From Oscillospiraceae bacterium (GTDB lineage Bacteria; Bacillota; Clostridia; Oscillospirales; CAG-272): DNA of 64,000 bases. The position numbers and the translations under genes are program-made. The stretch lies in the NCBI GenBank assembly GCA_015064785.1, contig SVRM01000002.1:1618-65617 (forward strand), written 5' to 3'. The notes beneath the pieces are model-generated. The model saw nothing but the letters and a program-made list of their open reading frames with translations, was not told the DNA's origin and ran no database searches. Each line of letters starts with the position of its first letter. The first letter of the stretch is position 1. Of the stretch, positions 10,029-19,289 are shown piece by piece.

Positions 10029-10076
10029 CACGCAGGAGCATCCTTGAACGGATTGCTTCTGCGTGTGTCTTTTCTC
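10029..10076. terminator. hairpin between convergent pepF and a lipoprotein gene
   Basis: CACGCAGGAGCA (10029-10040) pairs with TGCTTCTGCGTG (10054-10065) with 1 mismatch, then TGTCTTTTCTC. Confidence 0.45.
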
Positions 10077-10087
10077 TGCTCGTTATT

Positions 10088-10621
10088 TTATTGTGTAACC
10101 GGTTCTGTTCCTTCACTCAGTGTGTACATCAGATCTTCCTCGTGACCCGGTGTCTGTAGTGTAACCGTCCATTTGCCGTCACGCACCATTGTATATGTCA
10201 TGGCAGTGCGGTAGTAGTAAAGCACCTCGCCGGTGGATTTGTCATCCCCGCGGCAGGTCATCGTGATCAGCGCCTGCGCATTATCCTCATTGATAAACGC
10301 GGTTTGAATGGATTCCGGAGTATAGGTCATATTGACCGTCTGACGCATGGCATTGAACTGCGCAACATTGAAGTTCAAATCCTCTTTCGCCATGTTGAAC
10401 AGCGCATAGTAGCCCTCAGCATCTCCATCATTGTACGCAATCAGCTGCGCAATGATCTGATTCTTGAGCTCTTTTGCCGCGGCGTCATCCGTATCAACAA
10501 ATAAATGACTGTACGACGGATTGTTTTCATAGGAGGGTCCGGAAACAGAGCATCCGAAGGTGCAAAGCAGAAGAAGGATCGCCGCTGTGAACAGGATACT
10601 CCGTTTGATAATAACGTTCAT
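10088..10621 (-). CDS. lipoprotein, NTF2/SnoaL-like fold suspected
   Basis: MNVIIKRSILFTAAILLLLCTFGC signal peptide with lipobox-like Cys. RBS GAAAGGAA 8 nt upstream of ATG 10621. Confidence 0.55.
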   Translation of the reverse strand: MNVIIKRSILFTAAILLLLCTFGCSVSGPSYENNPSYSHLFVDTDDAAAKELKNQIIAQLIAYNDGDAEGYYALFNMAKEDLNFNVAQFNAMRQTVNMTYTPESIQTAFINEDNAQALITMTCRGDDKSTGEVLYYYRTAMTYTMVRDGKWTVTLQTPGHEEDLMYTLSEGTEPVTQ

Positions 10622-10765
10622 GTTATGAATTCCTTTCATTTCGTGGTTTTACGATTATTATATCAGTTTTTTTGATATAAGTCTACCCTATTTTGTGAAT
10701 TTTTCAAAATCGATCGGTTCAAGCGATTGGAATGTGATGGTTGTTTGAAAAGAATCCGTTGTTGC

Positions 10766-10794
10766 TTGACATTTTTTTAGATTTCTGATATAAT
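10766..10794 (+). promoter_or_regulatory. sigma-A type promoter for the marR-family gene
   Basis: TTGACA (10766-10771), 17-nt spacer, TATAAT (10789-10794). Confidence 0.6.
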
Positions 10795-10853
10795 ATTACC
10801 ATGTTCTAAGAAAACCACGTTTCATTTACATATATGGAAAGGGGATAACAATA

Positions 10854-11330
10854 TTGAAAAAGGATATCAAAACAGAGGGTTCCTCCTCAATCGCACCGAT
10901 AGAATCGAAGACGACCTATGCATTGATTTCTGATGCCGCAAGACTGCTTGACGATGCAGTGGCAAAACAGACCGATGCATACAAGCTTCAGTCCGGTGCG
11001 CGTCGTGTACTTGCCTGTCTTGCTGTCCGTGATGGTGTTTCTCAGCTCGATCTGATTCGTGTGACACACCTCAAAGCACCGACCATCAGCCTGATTGTCC
11101 AGAAAATGGAACATGACGGTCTGATCAGCCGCAAAACCGATGATTTGGATATGAGATTAACGCGCGTCTATCTGACAGAGCTTGGCAGCCGTGTCAACCA
11201 GCATATCCATGATACAGTCAACGCCGTCGAAGCTGCCGCAATGCAGGGTTTTACCGACGACGAAAAAGAACAGCTTCATGCGCTTCTCGTTCGCCTGTAC
11301 CGCAGCATGGAAGCATCCAAAGAACAGTAA
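10854..11330 (+). CDS. MarR family transcriptional regulator
   Basis: TTG start behind GAAAGGGG. wHTH block (LDLIRVTHLKAPTISLIVQKMEHDGLISRKTDDLDMRLTRVYLTELG). Confidence 0.85.
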   Translation: MKKDIKTEGSSSIAPIESKTTYALISDAARLLDDAVAKQTDAYKLQSGARRVLACLAVRDGVSQLDLIRVTHLKAPTISLIVQKMEHDGLISRKTDDLDMRLTRVYLTELGSRVNQHIHDTVNAVEAAAMQGFTDDEKEQLHALLVRLYRSMEASKEQ

Positions 11331-11336
11331 ATGATA

Positions 11337-11368
11337 CCGGAATGTGTACAAAACATTCCGGTTTTTTT
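11337..11368 (+). terminator. rho-independent terminator
   Basis: CCGGAATGT (11337-11345) pairs with ACATTCCGG (11353-11361), followed by T7. Confidence 0.7.
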
Positions 11369-11480
11369 GTTTTGTACTTGTATCATTCATAATTTTATGA
11401 TATAATAAAATGAAAAAAACAATTCCCGCGTATTCCGTTCTTTTCATAAGCAGGATATGCGGCAGGAAAGCTGATCTAAC

Positions 11481-13379
11481 ATGAAGATGCAATATTTACC
11501 CAAAATCCATTCCCCGGCGGATGTCAAAGCGCTGGACGCATCAGAACTCCCTGTTCTTGCACGTGAAATCCGTGCGTTTCTTGTTGAGCATGTCACAAAA
11601 CAGGGTGGGCATCTTGCGTCCAATCTCGGCGTGGTTGAATTGACCATTGCCCTTCACCGTGTCTTTGACTCTCCGCACGATCATATGATTTTTGATGTCG
11701 GACACCAGTCCTATGTCCATAAAATTCTGACGGGACGAGCAGATGCATTCCCGACGCTGCGCAAAAACGGCGGACTGTCCGGCTTCACCCGGCGCGACGA
11801 AAGCGAGCATGACCCGTTCGGCGCGGGACACGCATCCACCTCCCTCTCCGCAGCCCTCGGTATGGCAGAAGCAGACGCAGCAGCCGGCTCCGATGCTTAT
11901 ACGGTCTGCGTTGTCGGTGACGGAGCATTTACCGGCGGTATGATTCATGAAGCACTCAACAATATCCGTCCTGACCGACGTTTGATTATCATTCTCAACG
12001 AAAACGAAATGTCCATTTCACCGACAAGCGGACGTTTTGCAGATTATCTGTCCATCATGCGTTCCTCGGAAGGCTATCACGACATCAAAAACAGTACACG
12101 TGAACTGCTTGCCTCCCTGCCTCTCATTGGTGACGCTCTTGTCGGCGGTGTACGCGATGTCAAACAGACCTTCAAAAATCTGCTGTACCATTCCAACTAT
12201 TTTGAAAACATGGGGCTTTATTATCTCGGTCCGATCGATGGCAACGATCCGGAAACCACTGAAACTATGCTCCGTGTTGCAAAAGAAGCCGGTCAGAGCG
12301 TTCTGCTCCATGTCAAAACACGAAAAGGAAAAGGCTATCCCCCGGCCGAAGAAGCTCCGGATGTCTTCCATGCCGTTCCGTCCGGTCGGTATTACAGGAA
12401 AAATGACATTGTTCCGGATACTTCGCTCAATTACTCCGACGTATTCGGACATTCCCTGCTCCGTTACATGCAGGACCGTGATGATCTTCGCGTAATCACA
12501 GCAGCCATGGCGGTCGGTACCGGGCTGCGCTGTGTCACACAGGCAAAGCCGGAATATCTCTACGATGTCGGCATAGCCGAGGAACATGCAATCACCTTTG
12601 CCGCCGGTCTTGCAGCAGGCGGACTGCATCCGATTGCAGCCATCTATTCCTCGTTTTTACAGCGTTCCTATGACAATATTATTCATGATGCGGCACTCCA
12701 GCATCTGCCGATGACACTGTGTATTGACCGTGCCGGATACAACGAGGGCGACGGTGCAACGCACCACGGTATTTTCGACGTTGCCATGCTTGCACAGCTT
12801 CCGAACACCGAAATCTGCGCACCGATGTCGTATGCTTCTCTGCGCCGCTATCTGAAAATATCGTTTGATGCAGACGGTATCTATGCTATCCGGTATCCGA
12901 AGGGCGCACCGGACGAAGTCTTGTACGAACGCTTTACGGCGCATTCCGCACCGGAAGCAGCGATGAAAACCGACTTTATGCCGCTGGCAGACGGAAAACA
13001 GGTTCTGATCGTTACATACGGCAGAATCACCGAAGAAGCGGTTAAAGCAGAGGAAACACTGTCGGTTCTGGGCATTTCCGCAGGGGTTCTCTTAATGGAA
13101 CAGCTGACACCGTTTGAAAAACGCGAACAGGAAATTCTCATGCATGTCACCGAGGAAACCCAGATGATTGTTTATCTGGAAGAAGGGATATACAACGGCG
13201 GCGCAGGCATGATTCTCTGCGATGGTTTGCGTGATGCCTGTGCTGAACGCGGAATCCGCCAGAAGATTCTCGCCATCCGCAATCCTTTTGCAAAATCCGA
13301 GGTCGGTCGTCGTATGATTGATGTTGCAGGCATCGATGCCGGAAGCATCGTCTCAGCGGTCTGTGATGTATTGAATTAA
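11481..13379 (+). CDS. dxs: 1-deoxy-D-xylulose-5-phosphate synthase
   Basis: GGHLASNLGVVELTIALH, DVGHQSYVHKILTGR and TPP-binding GDGAFTGGM motifs; 632 aa. Confidence 0.95.
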   Translation: MKMQYLPKIHSPADVKALDASELPVLAREIRAFLVEHVTKQGGHLASNLGVVELTIALHRVFDSPHDHMIFDVGHQSYVHKILTGRADAFPTLRKNGGLSGFTRRDESEHDPFGAGHASTSLSAALGMAEADAAAGSDAYTVCVVGDGAFTGGMIHEALNNIRPDRRLIIILNENEMSISPTSGRFADYLSIMRSSEGYHDIKNSTRELLASLPLIGDALVGGVRDVKQTFKNLLYHSNYFENMGLYYLGPIDGNDPETTETMLRVAKEAGQSVLLHVKTRKGKGYPPAEEAPDVFHAVPSGRYYRKNDIVPDTSLNYSDVFGHSLLRYMQDRDDLRVITAAMAVGTGLRCVTQAKPEYLYDVGIAEEHAITFAAGLAAGGLHPIAAIYSSFLQRSYDNIIHDAALQHLPMTLCIDRAGYNEGDGATHHGIFDVAMLAQLPNTEICAPMSYASLRRYLKISFDADGIYAIRYPKGAPDEVLYERFTAHSAPEAAMKTDFMPLADGKQVLIVTYGRITEEAVKAEETLSVLGISAGVLLMEQLTPFEKREQEILMHVTEETQMIVYLEEGIYNGGAGMILCDGLRDACAERGIRQKILAIRNPFAKSEVGRRMIDVAGIDAGSIVSAVCDVLN

Positions 13380-13385
13380 AACACA

Positions 13386-13430
13386 AAGCGCTTCTGTCGG
13401 GAGAAAATCCTTGACAGAAGCGCTTCTTTT
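13386..13430. terminator. bidirectional terminator shared by dxs and the convergent operon
   Basis: 13-bp perfect stem: AAGCGCTTCTGTC (13386-13398) pairs with GACAGAAGCGCTT (13413-13425), then CTTTT. Confidence 0.7.
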
Positions 13431-14058
13431 ACTGTTTTTGTGCTGTTATGCCCGGAAAACCGATGGCCTCAAGGGATTCTTCGATGGCATCCGCATCTGC
13501 GGTATTGAGTCCCTCGTGGAGCAGAAAATATCCGACTGCACGGACGGCACCATCCTCACCCGGTAGAAAATTCACGGCGATGGGATATCCGTCCTCAAAG
13601 GTGTAAAGATACAATGTGCGTTCGACACCTTCTTCACCGACAAAGGAGATCTGTGCCGCAAACATCGATGATGCAGACAGCGCATCCACACCCTGCATCT
13701 GATTGATGCGCGAGGAAAATGCCAAAAACGCGGCATCGTGCAGGTAGGTGTCGAGCGACGCAGTCAATCCGTCCGGGATTGACTCCCCGAACAGCGCTGC
13801 ATTCTCCGGCACCAAAAGCGTGTAAACAGCGGAAGGCTTTTTGTAGTCACCCTCACGCAGTTTGGCAGCCGTATCCGCATACGCATTGGGAAAATCGTAC
13901 AGATCGGCATATGCCTCGCTCGTTACCATATCCTCCATCAACGCAATGAGTGATTCCCCGGCGTCGTCGAGTGTCTGTGTCTGTGAATGTGTCTGACATC
14001 CGGAAAGACTGATCAGAAGACCACCGATGGTCAGAACTGTTGTAAATTTTTTTATCAT
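13429..14058 (-). CDS. lipoprotein, function unknown
   Basis: Start ATG 14058 (MIKKFTTVLTIGGLLISLSGC, lipobox LSGC) behind GGAAAGGAA. Last gene of a six-gene operon. Confidence 0.6.
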   Translation of the reverse strand: MIKKFTTVLTIGGLLISLSGCQTHSQTQTLDDAGESLIALMEDMVTSEAYADLYDFPNAYADTAAKLREGDYKKPSAVYTLLVPENAALFGESIPDGLTASLDTYLHDAAFLAFSSRINQMQGVDALSASSMFAAQISFVGEEGVERTLYLYTFEDGYPIAVNFLPGEDGAVRAVGYFLLHEGLNTADADAIEESLEAIGFPGITAQKQ

Positions 14059-14114
14059 ATAAATCGTTCCTTTCCGTGTGACAGCTTGATATCTGAACAT
14101 GAAACATGTGTCGT

Positions 14115-14606
14115 TCAGAATAAGATCAGAAGACCGAGGGAGAGATAGATCATCGCTGACGATATTGTTATCAGCACCGGGATAACCCGTATTTCCTCGT
14201 CTCGCTTTTTGTGCAGAAGCATACAGCAGCAATAAAGACCGGTCTGTACGACAACAAATAACAATGGAAGATAGGCTGTCATAAGAATGTTTATGTTTCC
14301 ATGTTCAGTAGAACAGACCGCCCAGAGAGATAGATTCCAAATGCCCGACAGCACTGACATGATGATCGGAAGCACCAGCCCTGTCCGATACTGCTGTTTT
14401 ATTTGATCCGCCGCATCGGACACGGACGGATGCAGAATGGCATCGAATGCGGTCAACGTACCGAACAGGATCGGAAAGATCGTATGAAATCCGATGATGA
14501 TAGCAAGAAGATTGTCGATCCTTGCATCCTTGAAGACAGCAATCAGGACGATCACCATCAGAACAAGCATGGATATCGCCAGTACATTTCTTGTTTGCTG
14601 TGTCAT
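14115..14606 (-). CDS. multi-pass membrane protein, function unknown
   Basis: ATG 14606 is 9 nt after AGGAGG. About 5 hydrophobic helices. Confidence 0.55.
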   Translation of the reverse strand: MTQQTRNVLAISMLVLMVIVLIAVFKDARIDNLLAIIIGFHTIFPILFGTLTAFDAILHPSVSDAADQIKQQYRTGLVLPIIMSVLSGIWNLSLWAVCSTEHGNINILMTAYLPLLFVVVQTGLYCCCMLLHKKRDEEIRVIPVLITISSAMIYLSLGLLILF

Positions 14607-14636
14607 GGCAAGCACCTCCTCAGTGCCGCAGATTCA

Positions 14637-15425
14637 TCAGTTCCATTCTGCGTCATCGGGGGTACTGCTCTGGCTGGCTGTCACAGAAATGCTTCTGTAA
14701 AACGCCGCATTCGCTGCTTCCACATACGCATTGAGTAATGCATCGGACAGAACCGTCACAAAAATCAGCGGCCAAAGCGATACAGTACCAAACAGAATGC
14801 CGGTAATACCGACAACACCGGGAAGTGCTGACAACAGCGCCCATCCAATGAAGGACAGATTCAGCAAAAACAGATCGAGCTTACTGCCGTCCATGATCCT
14901 GCGCGATTCGGTGATGGCATCGGTAGGAGAATATTCCGGATGCTCATAGAGAATGTACGGTGTCATCGCGTAACTGAATGCTTTGATGATGCCGGGTATC
15001 ACGAACAAAAATGACCAGAGCAATAGAAAAATCTCCTGTAAAAGTACCATGAGAAATCCATCGCCAAGCCTATGAAACTGCGAAAACAAATCAGATATCT
15101 GCGCATCTTCTCCGTCAATCAGACGCAGATTGTACCGCGCATAGCCAAGCTGTCCCGCGCCGCCGATGACAAATGCCACGATCCCCCGGATGACAGTGTA
15201 TACCAAAAATACCAATAGAAAAGTTTGAAAAAATTTCAGTTCATTTTCACTGAGATTATGGACGATTCTGTTAAGATCATCTTCTTCCAGCTGGATGCTG
15301 CCGCCGCTGACAGTACCGATGGTTGCGCCGATCAGACTTGCGGTAAATGCGGTCACTGCTGCCGGGATCCATTTTCCGCGCAGTGCAATTCTTGCAATGG
15401 AACGGTAATCCGATGATGTGTACAT
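14637..15425 (-). CDS. DUF975 family membrane protein
   Basis: The opening MYTSSDYRSIARIALRGKWIPAAVTAFTASLI is characteristic of DUF975. RBS AGGAG. Confidence 0.7.
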   Translation of the reverse strand: MYTSSDYRSIARIALRGKWIPAAVTAFTASLIGATIGTVSGGSIQLEEDDLNRIVHNLSENELKFFQTFLLVFLVYTVIRGIVAFVIGGAGQLGYARYNLRLIDGEDAQISDLFSQFHRLGDGFLMVLLQEIFLLLWSFLFVIPGIIKAFSYAMTPYILYEHPEYSPTDAITESRRIMDGSKLDLFLLNLSFIGWALLSALPGVVGITGILFGTVSLWPLIFVTVLSDALLNAYVEAANAAFYRSISVTASQSSTPDDAEWN

Positions 15426-15441
15426 AAAAATCAATCTCCTT

Positions 15442-16172
15442 TCAATGTCTTGCATTCCATCTCATATCATAATCATAACAGTTTTCCGGGAAGAAGTACA
15501 TGCGCATTTGCTGTCCGTCCTCGTGAAAGGGTGTACCGTCGAAGTGCTGTGTGCGGTTCCAGTCGACGATGTCGTAGAATACAGCTTCGTAGATTCTGGA
15601 GCCGCCGTCGTTATAGGAGCCTGCGGGATGCGGGATAAACAGCACACACACCGTGATGACGGACAGGAACAGAATTGCCGTTGTCCGGACAATCTTTGGC
15701 AGGCGCGGACGTGCTTCCGTGCCGAATTTTCGGATCAGAAGACGGGCAAGCCCGCCGATGAGCGCCGATAATACGGTCAGTGCGGCAAAGGCAAAGGTCA
15801 TCCGCGTCAGAACACCGTCTGCATACAGCATCCCAAGCGGATTGGTATCGGAATAGACATCAAGCTCCCGGCACATCCACAGAAACAGTGCGGTCAGAGA
15901 AAGCACGCCGAAGACGGTTGTCGTGACGGTCGAAAACACCGACAGCCGCCGCAGCTCGCCTGTCTGTTTTTCGGACAGCAGACTGCGCACACAGCCGAGA
16001 ATCGCCAGAATCCCGATCAGAAACGGCGCAAAATACGGTACGATGAGCACAAATGCAAGCAATCCCCAGACCTCATCCAGCGCGGCGATGTAGAAAAAAG
16101 AATCGCAATCGCCCACAAAACCGTTACGGCGATCATCGATATTGTTAAGATTTTTCTTGCTTTTGGCTTCAT
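15442..16172 (-). pseudogene. membrane protein, paralog of 16203-16919, interrupted by a 1-nt frameshift in a T6 (coding-strand) tract
   Basis: ATG 16172 behind AAAGGAGG encodes MKPKARKILTISMIAVTVLWAIAILF. This parallels the paralog N-terminus MKPKTKKIITTVMSFASALWIISVFLFF, then leaves frame at A6 16094-16099 (+ strand). The remainder continues in the ORF-track frame 15442-16224. Confidence 0.6.
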
Positions 16173-16202
16173 CAGCAGGACCTCCTTTCGATGGATATCC
16201 GG

Positions 16203-16919
16203 TCAATCGTATCTTGTTGTCCATTTTGTATCATAATCATAGCAATTTTCCGGGAAGAAATAGACCTGTATCCCCTGTGTACCGTCCCCCCTCTGTGTTC
16301 CGTTCGGTTGCTGGATGCGGTTCCAATCGACAACGTCATACAATACGGCAGAATAAACGCGGGTCCCGCCGTCATTGTATGTGTCGGTTTGGATCGGAAT
16401 CAACAATACGCAAAGTGCTGCGGCAAGCATCATGATGACCGCCGCTGTACGAAGCCGCGATGCACTCTCTGTACTGCGTATGCGTATCAGATGACAGAAG
16501 AACCACCCGATCCCGATGACAAGAACGCAAAGGAGCGCAAATGCGGCTGATATCCGAAGGAGTACGGGAACTTCATTTGTATATGCACCGGAGATCATGG
16601 ACAGGATGCGGAATGCCAACATGACCCAAACGGTCATCGAAGAGGCACCGAACACTGCGGCTATTACGGTGGTCAGCTCGAACAAAATCACATCCGTATG
16701 TTTGTGACGCTCCGAAAATGTGGAATGATAGAAGCAATCAATGACAATGAGCAGCGCAAACAGCGGTGGAAACAGAAAAGGAAGAATGAACATTAACACC
16801 AAGACGATCTGCGCAGAATGATCCATTCTGAATACAAAGAAAAGAAAGACCGATATGATCCATAATGCCGAAGCAAACGACATTACAGTTGTAATGATTT
16901 TCTTTGTTTTCGGTTTCAT
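16203..16919 (-). CDS. multi-pass membrane protein with a conserved ~60-aa C-terminal domain (YNDGG...VDWNR...YFFPENCYDYD), function unknown
   Basis: 238 aa with 5-6 hydrophobic helices. C-terminal domain shared with the downstream paralog. Start is 3 nt after the stop of the LURP-one gene. Confidence 0.65.
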   Translation of the reverse strand: MKPKTKKIITTVMSFASALWIISVFLFFVFRMDHSAQIVLVLMFILPFLFPPLFALLIVIDCFYHSTFSERHKHTDVILFELTTVIAAVFGASSMTVWVMLAFRILSMISGAYTNEVPVLLRISAAFALLCVLVIGIGWFFCHLIRIRSTESASRLRTAAVIMMLAAALCVLLIPIQTDTYNDGGTRVYSAVLYDVVDWNRIQQPNGTQRGDGTQGIQVYFFPENCYDYDTKWTTRYD

Positions 16920-16922
16920 CGA

Positions 16923-17405
16923 TCAATTCCTCTGCGCGTCCATACAGGCATCAATGACCAACACCACCGCGAGTGCCGTGATGGGATCCGCGTCGGGTGC
17001 AATGTCAATGCAGTACGCATCGCCGAGCGTGAACCATTCTTTCTGTACTGTGGCAACATTGTGACCGCCGGCATCGGTAACGGAATAATCATGGTCAAAG
17101 AAATCGCCCTGCACATGCCAGCCGGGACCCTCCACCGTGTATTCCGGATGGAAGAACATAAACTCCTTGAGAACCTCCGCAACAGCAGTCTCATCGCGGT
17201 AAATCACATAACGCGGCAGAAACGCAAACAGCTGCTGCTCAATGTATGCAACCTCAATATTTCGGCGGTCGTAAAGATGCAGTTTCCGGCCGAGCGTAAA
17301 AATCTCACCTTCGACAGAATATTGCTCCTGTCCATCCTCGTCGTAAATGGAGAATCGATCTCCCCATGAAAAAATCTTCTGTTGAATATAGAGCTGCATG
17401 GACAA
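16923..17405 (-). CDS. LURP-one-related / Tubby C-terminal-like (DUF567, YxjI-like) protein
   Basis: The pattern KIFSWGDRFSIYDEDGQEQYSVEGEIFTLGRKLHLYD...WFTLGDAYCIDI is typical of the LURP-one/scramblase-like fold. First gene of the operon. Confidence 0.7.
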   Translation of the reverse strand: MSMQLYIQQKIFSWGDRFSIYDEDGQEQYSVEGEIFTLGRKLHLYDRRNIEVAYIEQQLFAFLPRYVIYRDETAVAEVLKEFMFFHPEYTVEGPGWHVQGDFFDHDYSVTDAGGHNVATVQKEWFTLGDAYCIDIAPDADPITALAVVLVIDACMDAQRN

Positions 17406-17601
17406 ACCTGCCTTTCCTCGTTTTTTTCAGTATAACATACAAATATGAACAAAAAAAGCAATCATATACAATTCACAAACTGTTTACATCTGTCGCCCAG
17501 TTCTGTCAGCTGAAAAAAATCACAGGATATCTTGCCTTTTTTCGTGGTGTGTGCTATAATGAACACAATGAAACTCTGATAAAGGAAAGGAATTACCATC
17601 C

Positions 17602-19092
17602 ATGACCAAAATATCTTCTGTTTATTTTCCCGATGTACACCGCTTTGACCGACTTTCTGATGTCTTTGTCTGGCAGAGACAGACCTTCTGCGACGACGGC
17701 ACCTGGTATAACGGTCCGACCGAGCGCGGCATGATTGTATCGCCATATGTGAAAATGAAGCTGAACGGGCTGCATATCCCCGTTTATGCGGCAAGAGCGG
17801 CATTTTCGACACATTCCTTTGCTTATGCCGAGGTGGAGGGAGAGGGCGATTTTTCCATCCAAGTGGAGTTAAACCTGTCCCAGAAACGCAACCGCGTTGT
17901 CGTCCTGCCGGAGAGTACCGGCGTGAAGGCTGATATCGTCGGTGATACGACTGTGCGTGCAGTCATCGAGAAGACCGGCTCCTATACCTTTGTTTTTGAT
18001 CACAATGTTGAGAGTGCCGTCACACTCCTTGTCCGCAGAAAGGAAGCGTTTGCCGTGCCCGAAGGCTATGCGTGCCGCACAATCATGCCAGGACAGTATG
18101 CCGCTGACGAAACCAATTTCACCGAGGAGAACACCGTTTATTACTTCAAGCGCGGGATTTATTACCTCGACTGTGTGACACTGCCCTCCCATTCCATGGC
18201 TTATTTTGAAGAAGGTACCGTCATCCGTGTTTTCGGCGCGACAACACGTTCTCTATTCCGGGGACAGTCCGGTGCGCATCACATCACCGTCTGCGGTCGT
18301 GCCGTTATTGACGCATCCGCGCTGGAAAGCAGTGCCCAGCAGACCTTTAACTTCTATTGTGTTGATGACATTACCGTGCGCGATATCACGGTCGTCAATT
18401 CCTGCTCGTGGACTGTCTGCTTCACAAACTGTCACCGTGTCCATGTCCACGATCTGGTGCTTCTGTCCTATCGCATTTTCTCCGACGGCGTAATGCTCTC
18501 AGACTGTACCGATTCTGTCGTCGAGGACTGCTTCATCCGTACAGGTGACGATGCTGCCGAATGCAAATCCACCGGCAACGGCTCCACGCGCACCGACAAT
18601 GTCGTCTTCCGCAACATCGCCGCATGGGCTGACAAGGGTGCGTGCTACGGTATCGTCTTTGAGGAAAACTACGACACGCAGAACGTTACCTTTGAAAACT
18701 GCTCCGTCGGATTTTCCCTGCCCAACTGGTCTGACCACCTCGGCTGCATTACGGTCTACTGCGGAAACAATCCGAAGGCTGTCGATCATCACATTTATTT
18801 CCGTGATATCGAAATTTACTGCACCTACTGTGCTTCTGCCGCATTTGTCGCTTTTGAGGGCAACATCCGCGATATTTACGTCGACCGTATGACCACACGC
18901 TACAACTACCACGAAGCACCGGTCTTCCTCTGGGTACGCGACGCGGACAAAGCATCGATTGGGGATTTGTATCTGTCGGATATCACCGTCGGTACACAGA
19001 AGCTGACTGCCGTTGACCAGCATGATCTTGTCACCGTGCGGATTCCCGAAGAAGCGGGATTTGTACCCTCTGACCGCATCCACATCGGTTAA
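17602..19092 (+). CDS. right-handed beta-helix glycoside hydrolase, GH28-like
   Basis: Repeated beta-helix turns carrying GH28-like SDG and RTGDD motifs (IFSDGVMLSDC, CFIRTGDDAAECK). No signal peptide. RBS AAAGGAAAGG. Confidence 0.6.
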   Translation: MTKISSVYFPDVHRFDRLSDVFVWQRQTFCDDGTWYNGPTERGMIVSPYVKMKLNGLHIPVYAARAAFSTHSFAYAEVEGEGDFSIQVELNLSQKRNRVVVLPESTGVKADIVGDTTVRAVIEKTGSYTFVFDHNVESAVTLLVRRKEAFAVPEGYACRTIMPGQYAADETNFTEENTVYYFKRGIYYLDCVTLPSHSMAYFEEGTVIRVFGATTRSLFRGQSGAHHITVCGRAVIDASALESSAQQTFNFYCVDDITVRDITVVNSCSWTVCFTNCHRVHVHDLVLLSYRIFSDGVMLSDCTDSVVEDCFIRTGDDAAECKSTGNGSTRTDNVVFRNIAAWADKGACYGIVFEENYDTQNVTFENCSVGFSLPNWSDHLGCITVYCGNNPKAVDHHIYFRDIEIYCTYCASAAFVAFEGNIRDIYVDRMTTRYNYHEAPVFLWVRDADKASIGDLYLSDITVGTQKLTAVDQHDLVTVRIPEEAGFVPSDRIHIG

Positions 19093-19146
19093 AATTTTCC
19101 CAAAAGAAACCGAGGTGTTGCATTTGAAAAATCATTGAGCAAATGA

Positions 19147-19243
19147 TAACTCCCTCAGACAAAAAAAGACGCAGAAGCGTCTTTTTTTGTCAGCTCCCTC
19201 GAAGAGGGAGGTGGCTCACCTACGGTGAGCCGGAGGGAGTTTT
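19147..19243. repeat. composite palindromic element / bidirectional terminator (three hairpins enclosed by a 9-bp closing stem)
   Basis: AACTCCCTC (19147-55) pairs with GAGGGAGTT (19232-40). H1: CAAAAAAAGACGC (19159-71) pairs with GCGTCTTTTTTTG (19176-88). H2: CTCCCTC-GAA-GAGGGAG (19193-209). H3: GGCTCACC-TAC-GGTGAGCC (19212-230). T5 follows. Confidence 0.6.
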
Positions 19244-19289
19244 TGACACATTGATCTAAATGCAACATCCCCAAGTTTTTTATGCAGTT

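Noticed and set aside
11369-11480. Riboswitch or leader upstream of dxs (and likewise upstream of ribF at 52859-52919)
   Set aside because: I saw no conserved TPP or FMN riboswitch core sequences or extended structured leader. The regions look like plain promoter plus RBS.
16173-16224. ATG 16224 as the true start of the second membrane paralog (intact 260-aa gene)
   Set aside because: It has no RBS and overlaps the upstream gene. The encoded N-terminus (MDNKIRLTGYPSKGGPADEAKSKK…) is hydrophilic and unlike the paralog. The out-of-frame ATG 16172, by contrast, has AAAGGAGG and a paralog-like N-terminus.
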